Positions 9,175 to 18,504 of a stretch of 64,000 nucleotides of DNA are shown here, piece after piece. The notes under the pieces are model-generated. The model had not been told where the DNA came from, did no database searches, and was given only the letters and a program-made list of their open reading frames with translations. This DNA is from Fidelibacterota bacterium. GTDB lineage: Bacteria; Fidelibacterota; Marinisomatia; Marinisomatales; S15-B10. The stretch covers positions 1 through 64,000 of the forward strand of contig JBHIAI010000002.1 of NCBI GenBank assembly GCA_046861655.1, in the 5' to 3' direction. The translations under genes and the position numbers were made by a program. Position 1 is the first letter of the stretch, and the number at the start of each line of letters is the position of its first letter.

Positions 9175-10767
9175 ATGAGGTTACACTCCAGACGAAGAAC
9201 GATGGTGCTGGTTCTGGCGGGGACGGTGTTCGTCCTAACTGCAGGCTTTGTGGTGCCGGCCCTTTATCCCAGGGCTGTAAACATTTACGAGAAAATCCGG
9301 GTCTTGAACCAGATCATTTCCATCGTGAATGAGCATTATGTGGAACCCGTGGACTGGGACGCGGTCATGGACGGTGCCTTCCGGGGCCTTCTGCGAGAGC
9401 TGGATCCCCACTCCGCCTACATTCCCCGGGACCGTCTCGAGGCTATCAACGAACAGTTCCATGGGAAGTTCGAGGGGATCGGCATTGAGTTTGATATACT
9501 GGGGGGGTACATCACGGTCATCGCCCCTGTGGCGGATTCCCCTTCCGACCGGGTGGGTCTGCACCCCGGGGATCAGATTGTGAAGATCAATGGCGAGGAC
9601 GCTTTCAATATCACCAAGGATGAGGTCTTTCAGAAACTGCGGGGACGTAAAGGGACGGAGGTGACCGTAACCATCCGGAGACCGGGGCTTGAGAAGCCCT
9701 TCGACGTCACGATCATCCGGGATGAGATTCCCATTTACAGTGTGACAGCCAGCTTCATGCTGGACGATCAGACAGGGTACATCCGGCTGAATCGGTTTTC
9801 CGCCTCAACGGGTGAAGAAGTGCAGGAGGCTGCCGACCGGTTACTCTCACAGGGGATGACGCAGCTGGTTTTCGATCTGAGAAGAAACAGTGGGGGATAT
9901 CTTGAACAGGCAGTGGAGGTGGCAGACTATTTTGTCACGGGTCGGGATACGCTGGTCTACACCCTGGGCAGAAAACCTGAATCCAATGAGGTCTACCTGG
10001 CCGATCCCGCTGTAGGGCACAGCGATTTTGCCCTTATTGTGCTCATCGATCGCTGGTCTGCCAGTGCCAGCGAAATCGTAGCGGGGGCGATACAGGATCT
10101 GGACCGGGGATTGGTCCTGGGGGAAACGAGTTTTGGGAAAGGGCTGGTCCAGCGGCAGTGGGCTCTCAGGGACGATTCCGCTGTCCGGGTTACCATTGCC
10201 CGGTACTATACCCCCAGTGGCCGGTTGATCCAGAGACCTTATGAGAACGGAGTTCATCAGTACTATCAGGAATTGACCGACAGGGGTCGACAGGCCCAGC
10301 TCGATTCCCTCCGGGCGTCGGCCCCCAGCTACCAGACCAGGCTGGGCAGGAAGGTTTTCGGGGGAGGAGGCATCACTCCCGACGTTTTTGTGCCTCGCCA
10401 GGAGCTCACTGAGACCACCTGGAAAGTCCTGAGGAGCCCGGAGAGGTTTACGTTCAATTGGGGTACGGAACTTGCCTCGAAACGGCGAACCGAATGGTAT
10501 TCGGAGGACCTATTTCGCCGGGAGTTTGAGGTCACCGACGAATACCTTAAGGATTTCGAATCCTACATCACCGACCGGGGAGCAGTTTTCGACCAGGATG
10601 CCCTAGAGCAGGATTCAGACTACATGAAAACGGTGTTGAAGGCCGAAATCGGTGGTGCCGTCTGGGGCAAGGAGGCCTACCACCATGTGCTGGCGCAGGG
10701 GGATCGACAGGTGACAGCGGCGCTGGAATATTTCGATCAGGCAAGGAAATTCCTGGTTCATCCCTAG
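9175..10767 (+). CDS. ctpA: Carboxyl-terminal processing protease (S41 family, PDZ)
   Basis: LDPHSAY, FEGIGI PDZ, DLRRNSGG, SASASEIVAGAIQD, SFGKGLVQ, ARYYTPSGR. Confidence 0.95.
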   Translation: MRLHSRRRTMVLVLAGTVFVLTAGFVVPALYPRAVNIYEKIRVLNQIISIVNEHYVEPVDWDAVMDGAFRGLLRELDPHSAYIPRDRLEAINEQFHGKFEGIGIEFDILGGYITVIAPVADSPSDRVGLHPGDQIVKINGEDAFNITKDEVFQKLRGRKGTEVTVTIRRPGLEKPFDVTIIRDEIPIYSVTASFMLDDQTGYIRLNRFSASTGEEVQEAADRLLSQGMTQLVFDLRRNSGGYLEQAVEVADYFVTGRDTLVYTLGRKPESNEVYLADPAVGHSDFALIVLIDRWSASASEIVAGAIQDLDRGLVLGETSFGKGLVQRQWALRDDSAVRVTIARYYTPSGRLIQRPYENGVHQYYQELTDRGRQAQLDSLRASAPSYQTRLGRKVFGGGGITPDVFVPRQELTETTWKVLRSPERFTFNWGTELASKRRTEWYSEDLFRREFEVTDEYLKDFESYITDRGAVFDQDALEQDSDYMKTVLKAEIGGAVWGKEAYHHVLAQGDRQVTAALEYFDQARKFLVHP

Positions 10768-10806
10768 GCCCGCACCCTCAGAATTTTCTATCCATCAAAC
10801 GGTGCG

Positions 10807-10835
10807 TTGACATTGCTTGTGGGAATGTTTATTTT
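10807..10835 (+). promoter_or_regulatory. Sigma70-type promoter for exbB operon
   Basis: TTGACA-17 nt-TATTTT, followed by AAGGAG RBS. Confidence 0.55.
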
Positions 10836-10868
10836 CGATCGCCCTAAACAAAAAAGGAGATTACGTCG

Positions 10869-11510
10869 ATGGTTGAGTACTTCCTAGAGGGAGGAGGATT
10901 CATGTGGCCGATTCTGGCACTGCTGGTGTTCGGCCTGGGGTTCGGCCTGGAAAGACTCTATACTCTGTTTCGTGCATCGGTCAATACCCGGAAATTCATG
11001 TCCAGAGTACGCTCGGCCCTTCATAACGAGGGGTACGAGGCGGCCGTGGAAGTCTGTGAAAAGACCCGGGGACCTGTGGCGGAGATTTTTCATGCGGGAC
11101 TGACGCGGGTTCACCGGGGAATCGATGCCGTGGAAAAGGGGATCGAAAACACGGGTGCCATTGAGATGGCGTTCCTGGAAAAAAACATGGTGTGGTTGAG
11201 CACTGTGGTGACTCTGGCCCCCATGCTGGGGTTTACGGGGACCGTTGCGGGTATGATCAGGGCGTTCGACGACATCAAACAGGCCAATGATATTTCGCCA
11301 GCCATCGTGGCCGGGGGGATTTCCATCGCCCTGTTGACCACCCTGTTCGGTCTTCTGGTGGCCATCATTGTTCAGACATTTCAGAACTTCCTCATTTCCC
11401 GGGTGGACAAACTCATCATTGACATGGAAGAAAACTCGGTGCTTCTGATCGATGAACTGGTGGAGATGGACCAGGAAGGGAAGCTCGAGCCAAAAGCCAA
11501 GAAGACGTGA
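10869..11510 (+). CDS. exbB: MotA/TolQ/ExbB proton channel protein
   Basis: GGGFMWPI, APMLGFTGTVAGMI, GISIALLTTLFGL. Confidence 0.92.
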   Translation: MVEYFLEGGGFMWPILALLVFGLGFGLERLYTLFRASVNTRKFMSRVRSALHNEGYEAAVEVCEKTRGPVAEIFHAGLTRVHRGIDAVEKGIENTGAIEMAFLEKNMVWLSTVVTLAPMLGFTGTVAGMIRAFDDIKQANDISPAIVAGGISIALLTTLFGLLVAIIVQTFQNFLISRVDKLIIDMEENSVLLIDELVEMDQEGKLEPKAKKT

Positions 11511-11896
11511 AGCGACGGATCAAAGCTGGAGAAATACCCACGGCCTCCATGGCCGATATCGCCTTCCTGCTCCTCATATTCTTCTTAGTAACCACCACCA
11601 TTGACATGGATAAGGGTCTGGGGCTGGTGTTGCCCCCCAAGGGGGAACAGAAAGAGGTTCCCAAGAAAAACATTTCCAATCTTCTCATTAACGCAAAGGG
11701 GGAAGTTCTTCTGGATAAGGAGCCCATCCAGGTCAGAAACATCAAGCGGGTGATCAAGGAAAAACTGGCGGCAAATGACAAGCTCATCGTATCGGTAAAA
11801 ACGCATCCCATGACGAAGTATCAGGACTACATAGATGTTCTGGACCAGCTGAAGCAGGCCGAAGCCACCCGTATATCCATTGCCGAAAGCGACTGA
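11507..11896 (+). CDS. exbD: Biopolymer transporter ExbD
   Basis: IPTASMADIAFLLLIFFLVTT transmembrane segment with conserved Asp. Confidence 0.9.
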   Translation: MKRRIKAGEIPTASMADIAFLLLIFFLVTTTIDMDKGLGLVLPPKGEQKEVPKKNISNLLINAKGEVLLDKEPIQVRNIKRVIKEKLAANDKLIVSVKTHPMTKYQDYIDVLDQLKQAEATRISIAESD

Positions 11897-12303
11897 TGAA
11901 GTTTCAGGCGAAAACCAAGGCTTCCGGAGCCATTCCCACGGCATCCCTGCCGGACATCATCTTCATGTTGCTGATCTTTTTCATGGTGACCACCGTGTTG
12001 CGCACCTACGAAGGGCTCAATGTTTTCCTCCCTCAGGCCAAGAAGATTGAGCGGCTTGAGACCAAGCGCCACGTGGCCTACGTATTCGTTTCCAAGGAGG
12101 GTCTCATCTCCATCGACGACAAGATCATCCCGGTCGATAACGTGAGGCACGTCATGTACGAGAAACGGGTGTCCGATCCCCAGCTCACCGTCTCCTTGAA
12201 AAGTGACCGGAATGCCCAGATGAAACTGATCAGCGAAGTCCACAATGAACTTCGGGAGGCCGATGCCTTGAAAATCAACTATTCCTCGAAATTCAGGCCG
12301 TAG
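11896..12303 (+). CDS. exbD: Biopolymer transporter ExbD (second copy)
   Basis: IPTASLPDIIFMLLIFFMVTT. Confidence 0.9.
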   Translation: MKFQAKTKASGAIPTASLPDIIFMLLIFFMVTTVLRTYEGLNVFLPQAKKIERLETKRHVAYVFVSKEGLISIDDKIIPVDNVRHVMYEKRVSDPQLTVSLKSDRNAQMKLISEVHNELREADALKINYSSKFRP

Positions 12304-12308
12304 CTGCC

Positions 12309-12956
12309 ATGATCATCCGGAAAGATCCCAGGATTTCTTTGAAGATCCGTTACCCCATAACGGTCCGGATCTCCGTGCTTGTGAGCATTCTGGTGATCGT
12401 GGCCCTCAATGTGGCATTCCCCAGATTCCAGGCCAAGCAGTTCATTCAGAAAGAGATCCATGTGGACATCGAACAGTTCGATATTCCACAGACCCAGCAG
12501 TTCGAGCTGCCCCCACCGCCGTCCCGCCCAGCCATCCCCGTGGAATCGGAAAATGAAGACCTGGCCGATGACGTGACCATTGAAGAGACTGGCCTGGAGG
12601 ACTTCGTGGAATGGGACTCTCCCCCGCCGCCCCCTTCTGAGGGTCCCAGAGTCAGGTTTATTCCCTATGATGAACCGCCCACACCTATCGGAGGATATGA
12701 GGCTATTCACAGGAATATCGTGTATCCCGAGATTGCCCAGGAGGCGGGCATCGAAGGGATGGTGGTCATTCAGGCCTTTGTGGACAAGCGCGGCAGGGTC
12801 ACCGAGACGATAGTCCTGAAAGGAATTCCCAACACGGGCCTGGATGACGCAGCCATGGATGCCATACGAAAAACCCGGTGGACGCCAGCCAAACAGAGGG
12901 ACAGGGCTGTGGGCGTGTGGATTTCCATTCCGGTGAATTTCCGACTCAAGGGTTAG
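12309..12956 (+). CDS. tonB: Energy transducer TonB
   Basis: N-terminal TM, Pro-rich linker, YPEIAQEAGIEG...WTPAKQ...IPVNFRL C-terminal domain. Confidence 0.92.
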   Translation: MIIRKDPRISLKIRYPITVRISVLVSILVIVALNVAFPRFQAKQFIQKEIHVDIEQFDIPQTQQFELPPPPSRPAIPVESENEDLADDVTIEETGLEDFVEWDSPPPPPSEGPRVRFIPYDEPPTPIGGYEAIHRNIVYPEIAQEAGIEGMVVIQAFVDKRGRVTETIVLKGIPNTGLDDAAMDAIRKTRWTPAKQRDRAVGVWISIPVNFRLKG

Positions 12957-13043
12957 ATATTTCCCTCCCTCTTAGTTTCGTTTGATCTTACGAACTCCCT
13001 CCATGTCCCGTCACCGGCCAGACCCTGTGGGAGAGGGAGACCT

Positions 13044-13520
13044 GTGAGGGCGCAAAATGACGAACGGTTCATGCTCCTGGCCATCGAGAAGGCGCGGGAA
13101 GGGCTCCAGAAGGGTCAATCCCCCTTTGGGGTTTGCCTGGCAAGAAGTGGGCGAGTGGTGGTGACCGCTCACAACCGTGTATGGGAAACCTCGGACATCA
13201 CGGCCCACGCCGAGATTCTGGCCATCCGGGAAGCCTGTGCCCGCCTCAACACAGTGGATCTTTCCGGGTGCACCCTTTACTCCACCACGGAACCGTGTCC
13301 CATGTGTTTCGGGGCCATTCATTGGGCCCGGATAGACCGGATCGTGTACGGAGCCACCATTTCCGACGGGAAAAAGGCCGGATTCAACGAACTGTCCCTT
13401 TCCAACGAACAGATGAAACGATTGGGGGGGAGTGCCGTTGAGGTGGAGCGTGGCGTGCTCAGACAGGAATGCCAGGCCCTGTTCAAAGAGTGGTCCCGCC
13501 TGGGGAATCCCCCGTATTAA
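13044..13520 (+). CDS. Zn-dependent nucleoside/guanine deaminase
   Basis: HAE and EPCPMC motifs, PFG, WARIDRIVYG. Confidence 0.9.
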   Translation: MRAQNDERFMLLAIEKAREGLQKGQSPFGVCLARSGRVVVTAHNRVWETSDITAHAEILAIREACARLNTVDLSGCTLYSTTEPCPMCFGAIHWARIDRIVYGATISDGKKAGFNELSLSNEQMKRLGGSAVEVERGVLRQECQALFKEWSRLGNPPY

Positions 13521-13673
13521 CCCCCCCCATCCTGAAGAGCCCCCGCAGGATTTCCGGCATATCAAGAATCCCCCTTCCATATCGTTTTGATAGGGTCAGG
13601 AGCCCCAGAGGATTCTTGGGCTGAAGTTATATCTAATTGTAATCCATTGTGTTATGATCTAACATCTTTTCTT

Positions 13674-13689
13674 TGGCACGCGGTTTGCA
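13674..13689 (+). promoter_or_regulatory. Sigma54 (-24/-12) promoter
   Basis: TGGCACG-CGGT-TTGCA, an exact match to the TGGCACG-N4-TTGCW consensus; AT-rich tract upstream; sigma54 activator encoded 3.4 kb downstream. Confidence 0.8.
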
Positions 13690-13743
13690 CTCTGTGCGGG
13701 CAGGATGGTTGAAAGAAACGAAGAGATTCTGGAGGATGGAAAA

Positions 13744-13839
13744 ATGAAGGTGAGAAGAAAGAGAGTCGACACCCATTGGCTGGTCCCGTGTGTTTTTGTT
13801 GCTCTGACGGTTTTACCTCTGATTTTCATTCCGGTCTGA
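13744..13839 (+). CDS. Putative 31-aa membrane peptide (MKVRRKRVDTHWLVPCVFVALTVLPLIFIPV)
   Basis: GGAGG RBS, basic N-terminus plus hydrophobic helix; first ORF after the sigma54 promoter; alternative in-frame ATG at 13705. Confidence 0.45.
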   Translation: MKVRRKRVDTHWLVPCVFVALTVLPLIFIPV

Positions 13840-13905
13840 TACCGAGACCGCAACGAGTGTGACGAACAGTCAAGAAACCCATAACCGTGAAAAGGAGAGT
13901 TTGAT

Positions 13906-15147
13906 ATGTCTAGACTTCGGTATTCCGCAAAGATGAGTCCGCTGGCCATTTCCGTCGTTGTCATAGCGGGTCTGATAATGATTCCTGCTTTGGGATTATC
14001 CCAGGAGATCGAGGATGGGGATGAAATGGACCAGGTACTGAAAGAGATGGAACGAGAACTCGAGGAAGTGGAAGACGAATTGGGGGAAGCGGCTAGAGAG
14101 GTGCGAGTGGAGGTAAGGGCGGTCTTGGATCAGGGGGACAGGAAGGGTCGAGGCCCCAAGCCTCTGTTCGGTGTCTACCTGGATGATCTGGATTTCGAGG
14201 ATGCCTACGAGATGCACTATCCGGAAAACTACGGTGTCCTCATTGATGGGGTCATCCGGGGCGGCAACGCCGACCGGGCGGGGTTACGGGAAGGTGACAT
14301 CATCATGGAATTCGATGGGGAGAAGGTTCGGTATGAGGATCATCTCCTCCGGATGAGGAATGCCAAGAGTGTTGGTGACACGGTGGAAATAACCTTCTTC
14401 CGGGATGGGCAGGTCCTGTCAACCGGTCTGGTATTCCTTCCCCCGGAGGATTTGGATGAAGAAACTGCCCGGGAGTTAGGGGTACAGAAGAGAAAGTTGT
14501 CCCCAGGTCACGGCGGAGGCGGATTCGAGCCGGTGTTCATAAATCTTGATGGTAAAGGGATCAACGATTTCCTGAAAGTGAACGGATTCGATGGCATCCC
14601 TGCAGGTCCGGTGGTAGCCTGGGGCGGCGGGGGTGCTGGCAATGTGGGGAAAGGATGGTTCGTCGGTGGCATGGGGGCCGGTTTCGAAAAGCGTGAGCAG
14701 GTGGCTGTGAAGGATCCGGTCACAGGGAAGCCAGAGGCATGGAAATCCTACAAGTTGGAAACCGGGTTTGGGGGTGTTACTCTAACCAAGAAGTTCCCCA
14801 TTTTCACGGAACGATTCATCCTTGATGCGGGGGTAATGCTGGGTGGGGGGAGCACGAAATTGTGGGTGAGTCAGACCGACGGAGACTTGACGTGGACCGA
14901 CGCCATTGATGACAAAAACAGCTATTCTGTCCGGTTTGAGAAAAGATATTTTGTGTATTACCCTTCCGTTGGACTTCTGGTTCGAATTAAGGACTGGCTC
15001 GGTATCCATGGATCCCTGGGCTACCTGGGAACGTACGCCGGTGATGACAAATGGACGGAGAAACCGTTCGATTTCACGGTGGGAGGCCCCTCTCCCACGG
15101 TCCCGTCAGGCCCGTCGTTTACCCTGGGGATTTGGTTCGGAAACTAG
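13906..15147 (+). CDS. PDZ-domain protein fused to putative outer-membrane beta-barrel
   Basis: Signal peptide, acidic coiled segment, PDZ (LFGVYL...GVLIDGVIRGGNADRAGLREGDIIMEFDG), barrel strands ending LGIWFGN; AAGGAG RBS. Confidence 0.75.
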   Translation: MSRLRYSAKMSPLAISVVVIAGLIMIPALGLSQEIEDGDEMDQVLKEMERELEEVEDELGEAAREVRVEVRAVLDQGDRKGRGPKPLFGVYLDDLDFEDAYEMHYPENYGVLIDGVIRGGNADRAGLREGDIIMEFDGEKVRYEDHLLRMRNAKSVGDTVEITFFRDGQVLSTGLVFLPPEDLDEETARELGVQKRKLSPGHGGGGFEPVFINLDGKGINDFLKVNGFDGIPAGPVVAWGGGGAGNVGKGWFVGGMGAGFEKREQVAVKDPVTGKPEAWKSYKLETGFGGVTLTKKFPIFTERFILDAGVMLGGGSTKLWVSQTDGDLTWTDAIDDKNSYSVRFEKRYFVYYPSVGLLVRIKDWLGIHGSLGYLGTYAGDDKWTEKPFDFTVGGPSPTVPSGPSFTLGIWFGN

Positions 15148-15286
15148 GCCGTAGGGCGGGATACCGCCGAATAAGCATTCAAGAAGGGCCATACTGATCA
15201 TTCGCACGGGTTAGACGGGCCGTTTCCGCTTCCGGGCCCTACAGGAAAACTGCCTCTTTGCACCCGAAAGTATCCTAATTTGGGGT

Positions 15287-15871
15287 ATGGAAGAGACCCT
15301 TTTCTCCGTGATTTCAAGGAAGATTGTTTCCACGGTCATCGCTATTGGGTCGCTTTTTTATTCGTCCATTCCGGGTGTGGTGGCGGAATTTGACGATCTT
15401 ACTCTGGAAACTCACGGGGATGAACTGGTTTTGTCAACCCGGCTCGTCAATTGTTTCAGCGATGATCTGGACACGATATTGAGGTCTGGAGAGGAGATTC
15501 GAATCATCTTTCAGGTGGAGGTCCTGGATACAGATGACCAGGTCGCGGTGCACAAAACCACCCTCTATCATGCCGTCATCTATTCTCTTATTGATCGTTC
15601 CTACGGGGTTTTCCGGTCAAACACCCAGGAGCATCGGACCGGTCTGTCCCTGGAGCAGGCCAAGACGATGCTGAGTAATCTCGAGGAGGTGGGCGTTGTG
15701 GTTGCTTCTGAGCTTGCCTTTGGGGTAGACTATGCTGTTAGGGTGACAGCACACCTGGGAAAGGTTGCTCTTCCGGGGACCGAGGAGGAACTGAATTTGA
15801 TGTATTACTGGAGCAGTATTAGACCGACTGCCACGTCAGAGCCGTTCAGCCGGGATTCTTTCAGGAAATGA
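15287..15871 (+). CDS. DUF4390-like periplasmic protein
   Basis: LDTILRSGEEIRIIFQVE...YSLIDRSY pattern; position upstream of an NtrY/NtrX-like pair is typical of DUF4390. Confidence 0.65.
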   Translation: MEETLFSVISRKIVSTVIAIGSLFYSSIPGVVAEFDDLTLETHGDELVLSTRLVNCFSDDLDTILRSGEEIRIIFQVEVLDTDDQVAVHKTTLYHAVIYSLIDRSYGVFRSNTQEHRTGLSLEQAKTMLSNLEEVGVVVASELAFGVDYAVRVTAHLGKVALPGTEEELNLMYYWSSIRPTATSEPFSRDSFRK

Positions 15872-17049
15872 CCAGGGTAATCCCCTCCTTTCGGACACAG
15901 ATCATTCTCATTGTCCTGTTCCTGGTGATCGTTTCAGCACTCTTCTTTCGGTATTTCTTTTTGAACAGTTTTCGCGAGTATTCGGATGCTGTAAGCCGCC
16001 TGGACTTCAGCGGTGAGGTGAGTGAAATCTACCGGGATTACGGTCCTTCGTTGCGTGAAGAAACCAGGGAGGACTTTAGGGAGGATGTGGAATCTGTCCT
16101 TTCCATGGAGTGGCAAAGACAGCGTCAGGCCCATGTGTTTGAGAAGGAGATAACCCTGTATTCGCAGTTCATCATAACGTTTCTTGTTGTGGCGGTTTTG
16201 GCCCTGTTTTTTATCACCTTCAATTTGATCACCCGGCCTCTCCGGCGTCTTCAGAGGGCCACGGAGGAGCTGTCCCGGGGAAACGGGAAGATCCGGGTCC
16301 AGGAAAGCCGGTTTTCTCCCTTGAATGATCTCATCGACTCTTTCAATAAGATGGCGGGTGAACTGGAGTCGAACCGGGAGAAACTGTTACAGGCAGAGAA
16401 GGAAGTCATCTGGAGGGAAATGGCCAGGGTGATGGCCCACGAGGTGAAAAACCCTCTTACTCCCATTCGCCTGGCTCTGGACCGGATGGAGGCAAAAAAG
16501 GGGTCAGACTCACCACAATTCGACCGTGCCTTCCGCAGGGGAGTGGCCGTCATTCAGGAAGAAGTGAACAATCTTCAATCCCTGGTGACGGAATTCTCCG
16601 AGTTCGCCCGTTTGCCTGAGGCAAGGTTGGGCCCTCACGACTTGAACCGGCAACTCACAGACATCATCGTTCCCTACAAGAAGAAGGCTCACTTCGAGCT
16701 GGCCCTTTCCCATAGCATTCCCATGTTTCAGGCAGACAGGGTCCAGATGAAACAGGTCTTTGTGAACATCATACAGAATGCCATTGAGTCCTCTGGCGAG
16801 GGGTGTGTGATTCGTATTTCCACGGCGGTTCATGACGGGAAGATTTCCGTGAGAATATCCGACAACGGACCCGGAATTCCCCCCGATGATCTTAAGAAGA
16901 TTTTTGAGCCCTATTTCTCCACCCGGAAAAAGGGTACGGGTTTGGGTCTTGCCATTGTCAAACGGATCGTGGAACAGCACGGGGGTACGGTACGGGTGGA
17001 AAGCAAACCCGGTGAGGGAACCGAAGTTACCCTGGTATTCCCCAAATGA
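15868..17049 (+). CDS. HAMP-domain sensor histidine kinase (NtrY-like)
   Basis: Two TMs, HAMP, WREMARVMAHEVKNPLTPI H-box, DNGPGI, GTGLGL. Confidence 0.92.
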   Translation: MTRVIPSFRTQIILIVLFLVIVSALFFRYFFLNSFREYSDAVSRLDFSGEVSEIYRDYGPSLREETREDFREDVESVLSMEWQRQRQAHVFEKEITLYSQFIITFLVVAVLALFFITFNLITRPLRRLQRATEELSRGNGKIRVQESRFSPLNDLIDSFNKMAGELESNREKLLQAEKEVIWREMARVMAHEVKNPLTPIRLALDRMEAKKGSDSPQFDRAFRRGVAVIQEEVNNLQSLVTEFSEFARLPEARLGPHDLNRQLTDIIVPYKKKAHFELALSHSIPMFQADRVQMKQVFVNIIQNAIESSGEGCVIRISTAVHDGKISVRISDNGPGIPPDDLKKIFEPYFSTRKKGTGLGLAIVKRIVEQHGGTVRVESKPGEGTEVTLVFPK

Positions 17050-18398
17050 AAATTCTGGTAGTTGACGACGAAAAAGACATTCGGATAACTCTCAAGGATA
17101 TCCTGGAGGACGAGGGTCATGACGTTTCGACGGCTGGGACCGGGGAGAAAGCGCTGGAGATGATCTCCGATGAATGGGTGGATCTGGTGATCCTGGATGT
17201 CAGGCTACCGGGGATGGATGGCATCCGGGTGTTCAAGAAGATCCGGGACATTCGAGGGGATCTTGAGGTTCTGATGATTTCAGGACACAGTACTATCGAG
17301 ATGGCAGTAGAGGCGGTGAAGCTGGGGGCATTCGATTTTCTGGAGAAACCCCTTTCCATGTCCAAGATTCTCACGGCTGCCCGGAACATCGCTGAAAAGA
17401 GAACTCTCCTGAAGCGACTCCAGGAGGGGGAATTGGCTGAACGATCCAAGTACAGGCTGGTAGGTGACTCTCGTCAGATGAAGAGGCTTCGGGATACGAT
17501 TCGGAAGGTGGGTCCCACGAATTCAAGAGTCCTGATCCGGGGAGAGACGGGAACGGGGAAAGAGCTCGTGGCTTTCGCGATTCACCGTGAAAGTGAACGA
17601 AAGGGAGGACCGTTTGTAACCTTCAACTCAGCGGCCATCCCTCAAGAACTGGTGGAGAGCGAACTGTTCGGTCATGAAAAGGGGGCGTTCACCGGAGCTG
17701 ACCGGCAGAAGCTTGGGAAGCTTGAAGTGGCCCATAAGGGAACGCTGTTCCTGGATGAAATTGGAGATATGAATCTTTCGGCACAGGCCAAAATCCTACG
17801 GGTTATTGAGGAGGGGAAGTTTAAGCGGCTGGGAGGAAACAAGACCATCGAGATCGACGTCAGGATCCTGGCCGCGACACACAAGAATCTCGAAGAAATG
17901 ATACAGGAAGGGTCGTTTCGAGAGGATCTGTATTACCGCCTCAACGTTGTGCCCATCGCTATACCCCCTCTACGGGAGCGACACGGGGACATCCAGCAAC
18001 TGGCCGATCATTTTCTGGATCATTACGCGGCGGAGTTGAAGGTTCAACGGAAAGAATTGAGCACCGGTGCCCTGGATCATCTGTCAGGATATTCGTTCCC
18101 GGGAAATGTCAGGGAATTAAGGAATGTTATCGAACGGCTGTATATTCTGTCTGGATCGGACCTGATAGAAGAAGAAGAGGTGAAACCTTTCGTGTCCCGG
18201 ACCTCCGGGAAGAGTTCGGACCTGGCCCTTTATGAAACCCGCCAATTCAGAGAAGCCAGGAAAGAATTCGAGATTCGGTACCTCACCACCCAGTTGGAAA
18301 AGCATGGCTGGAATATCTCTGCTGCCGCCCGGCAGCTCGGTATGCGCCAGCCCAACCTCTCCAGGAAACTTAAGGAGCTGGGGATAAGAAAGCAGTAG
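17046..18398 (+). CDS. Sigma54-dependent response regulator (NtrX/NtrC-like)
   Basis: Receiver domain, GETGTGKE, intact GAFTGA, FLDEIG, C-terminal Fis HTH. Confidence 0.95.
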   Translation: MKILVVDDEKDIRITLKDILEDEGHDVSTAGTGEKALEMISDEWVDLVILDVRLPGMDGIRVFKKIRDIRGDLEVLMISGHSTIEMAVEAVKLGAFDFLEKPLSMSKILTAARNIAEKRTLLKRLQEGELAERSKYRLVGDSRQMKRLRDTIRKVGPTNSRVLIRGETGTGKELVAFAIHRESERKGGPFVTFNSAAIPQELVESELFGHEKGAFTGADRQKLGKLEVAHKGTLFLDEIGDMNLSAQAKILRVIEEGKFKRLGGNKTIEIDVRILAATHKNLEEMIQEGSFREDLYYRLNVVPIAIPPLRERHGDIQQLADHFLDHYAAELKVQRKELSTGALDHLSGYSFPGNVRELRNVIERLYILSGSDLIEEEEVKPFVSRTSGKSSDLALYETRQFREARKEFEIRYLTTQLEKHGWNISAAARQLGMRQPNLSRKLKELGIRKQ

Positions 18399-18504
18399 CT
18401 CCTCCCTCCCGCCTCAGAACGGAGCAATTTCTCCGTGAAAAAGGGATACACATGTCTTATATTTTATCTTCGGAATAATGTGAGGGTGAACTGGAGAGTT
18501 TAAC

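Noticed and set aside
10869..12956. ExbB-ExbD-ExbD-TonB without an adjacent receptor as a novel motor
   Set aside because: This layout is common in FCB-group genomes, and receptors are usually encoded elsewhere.
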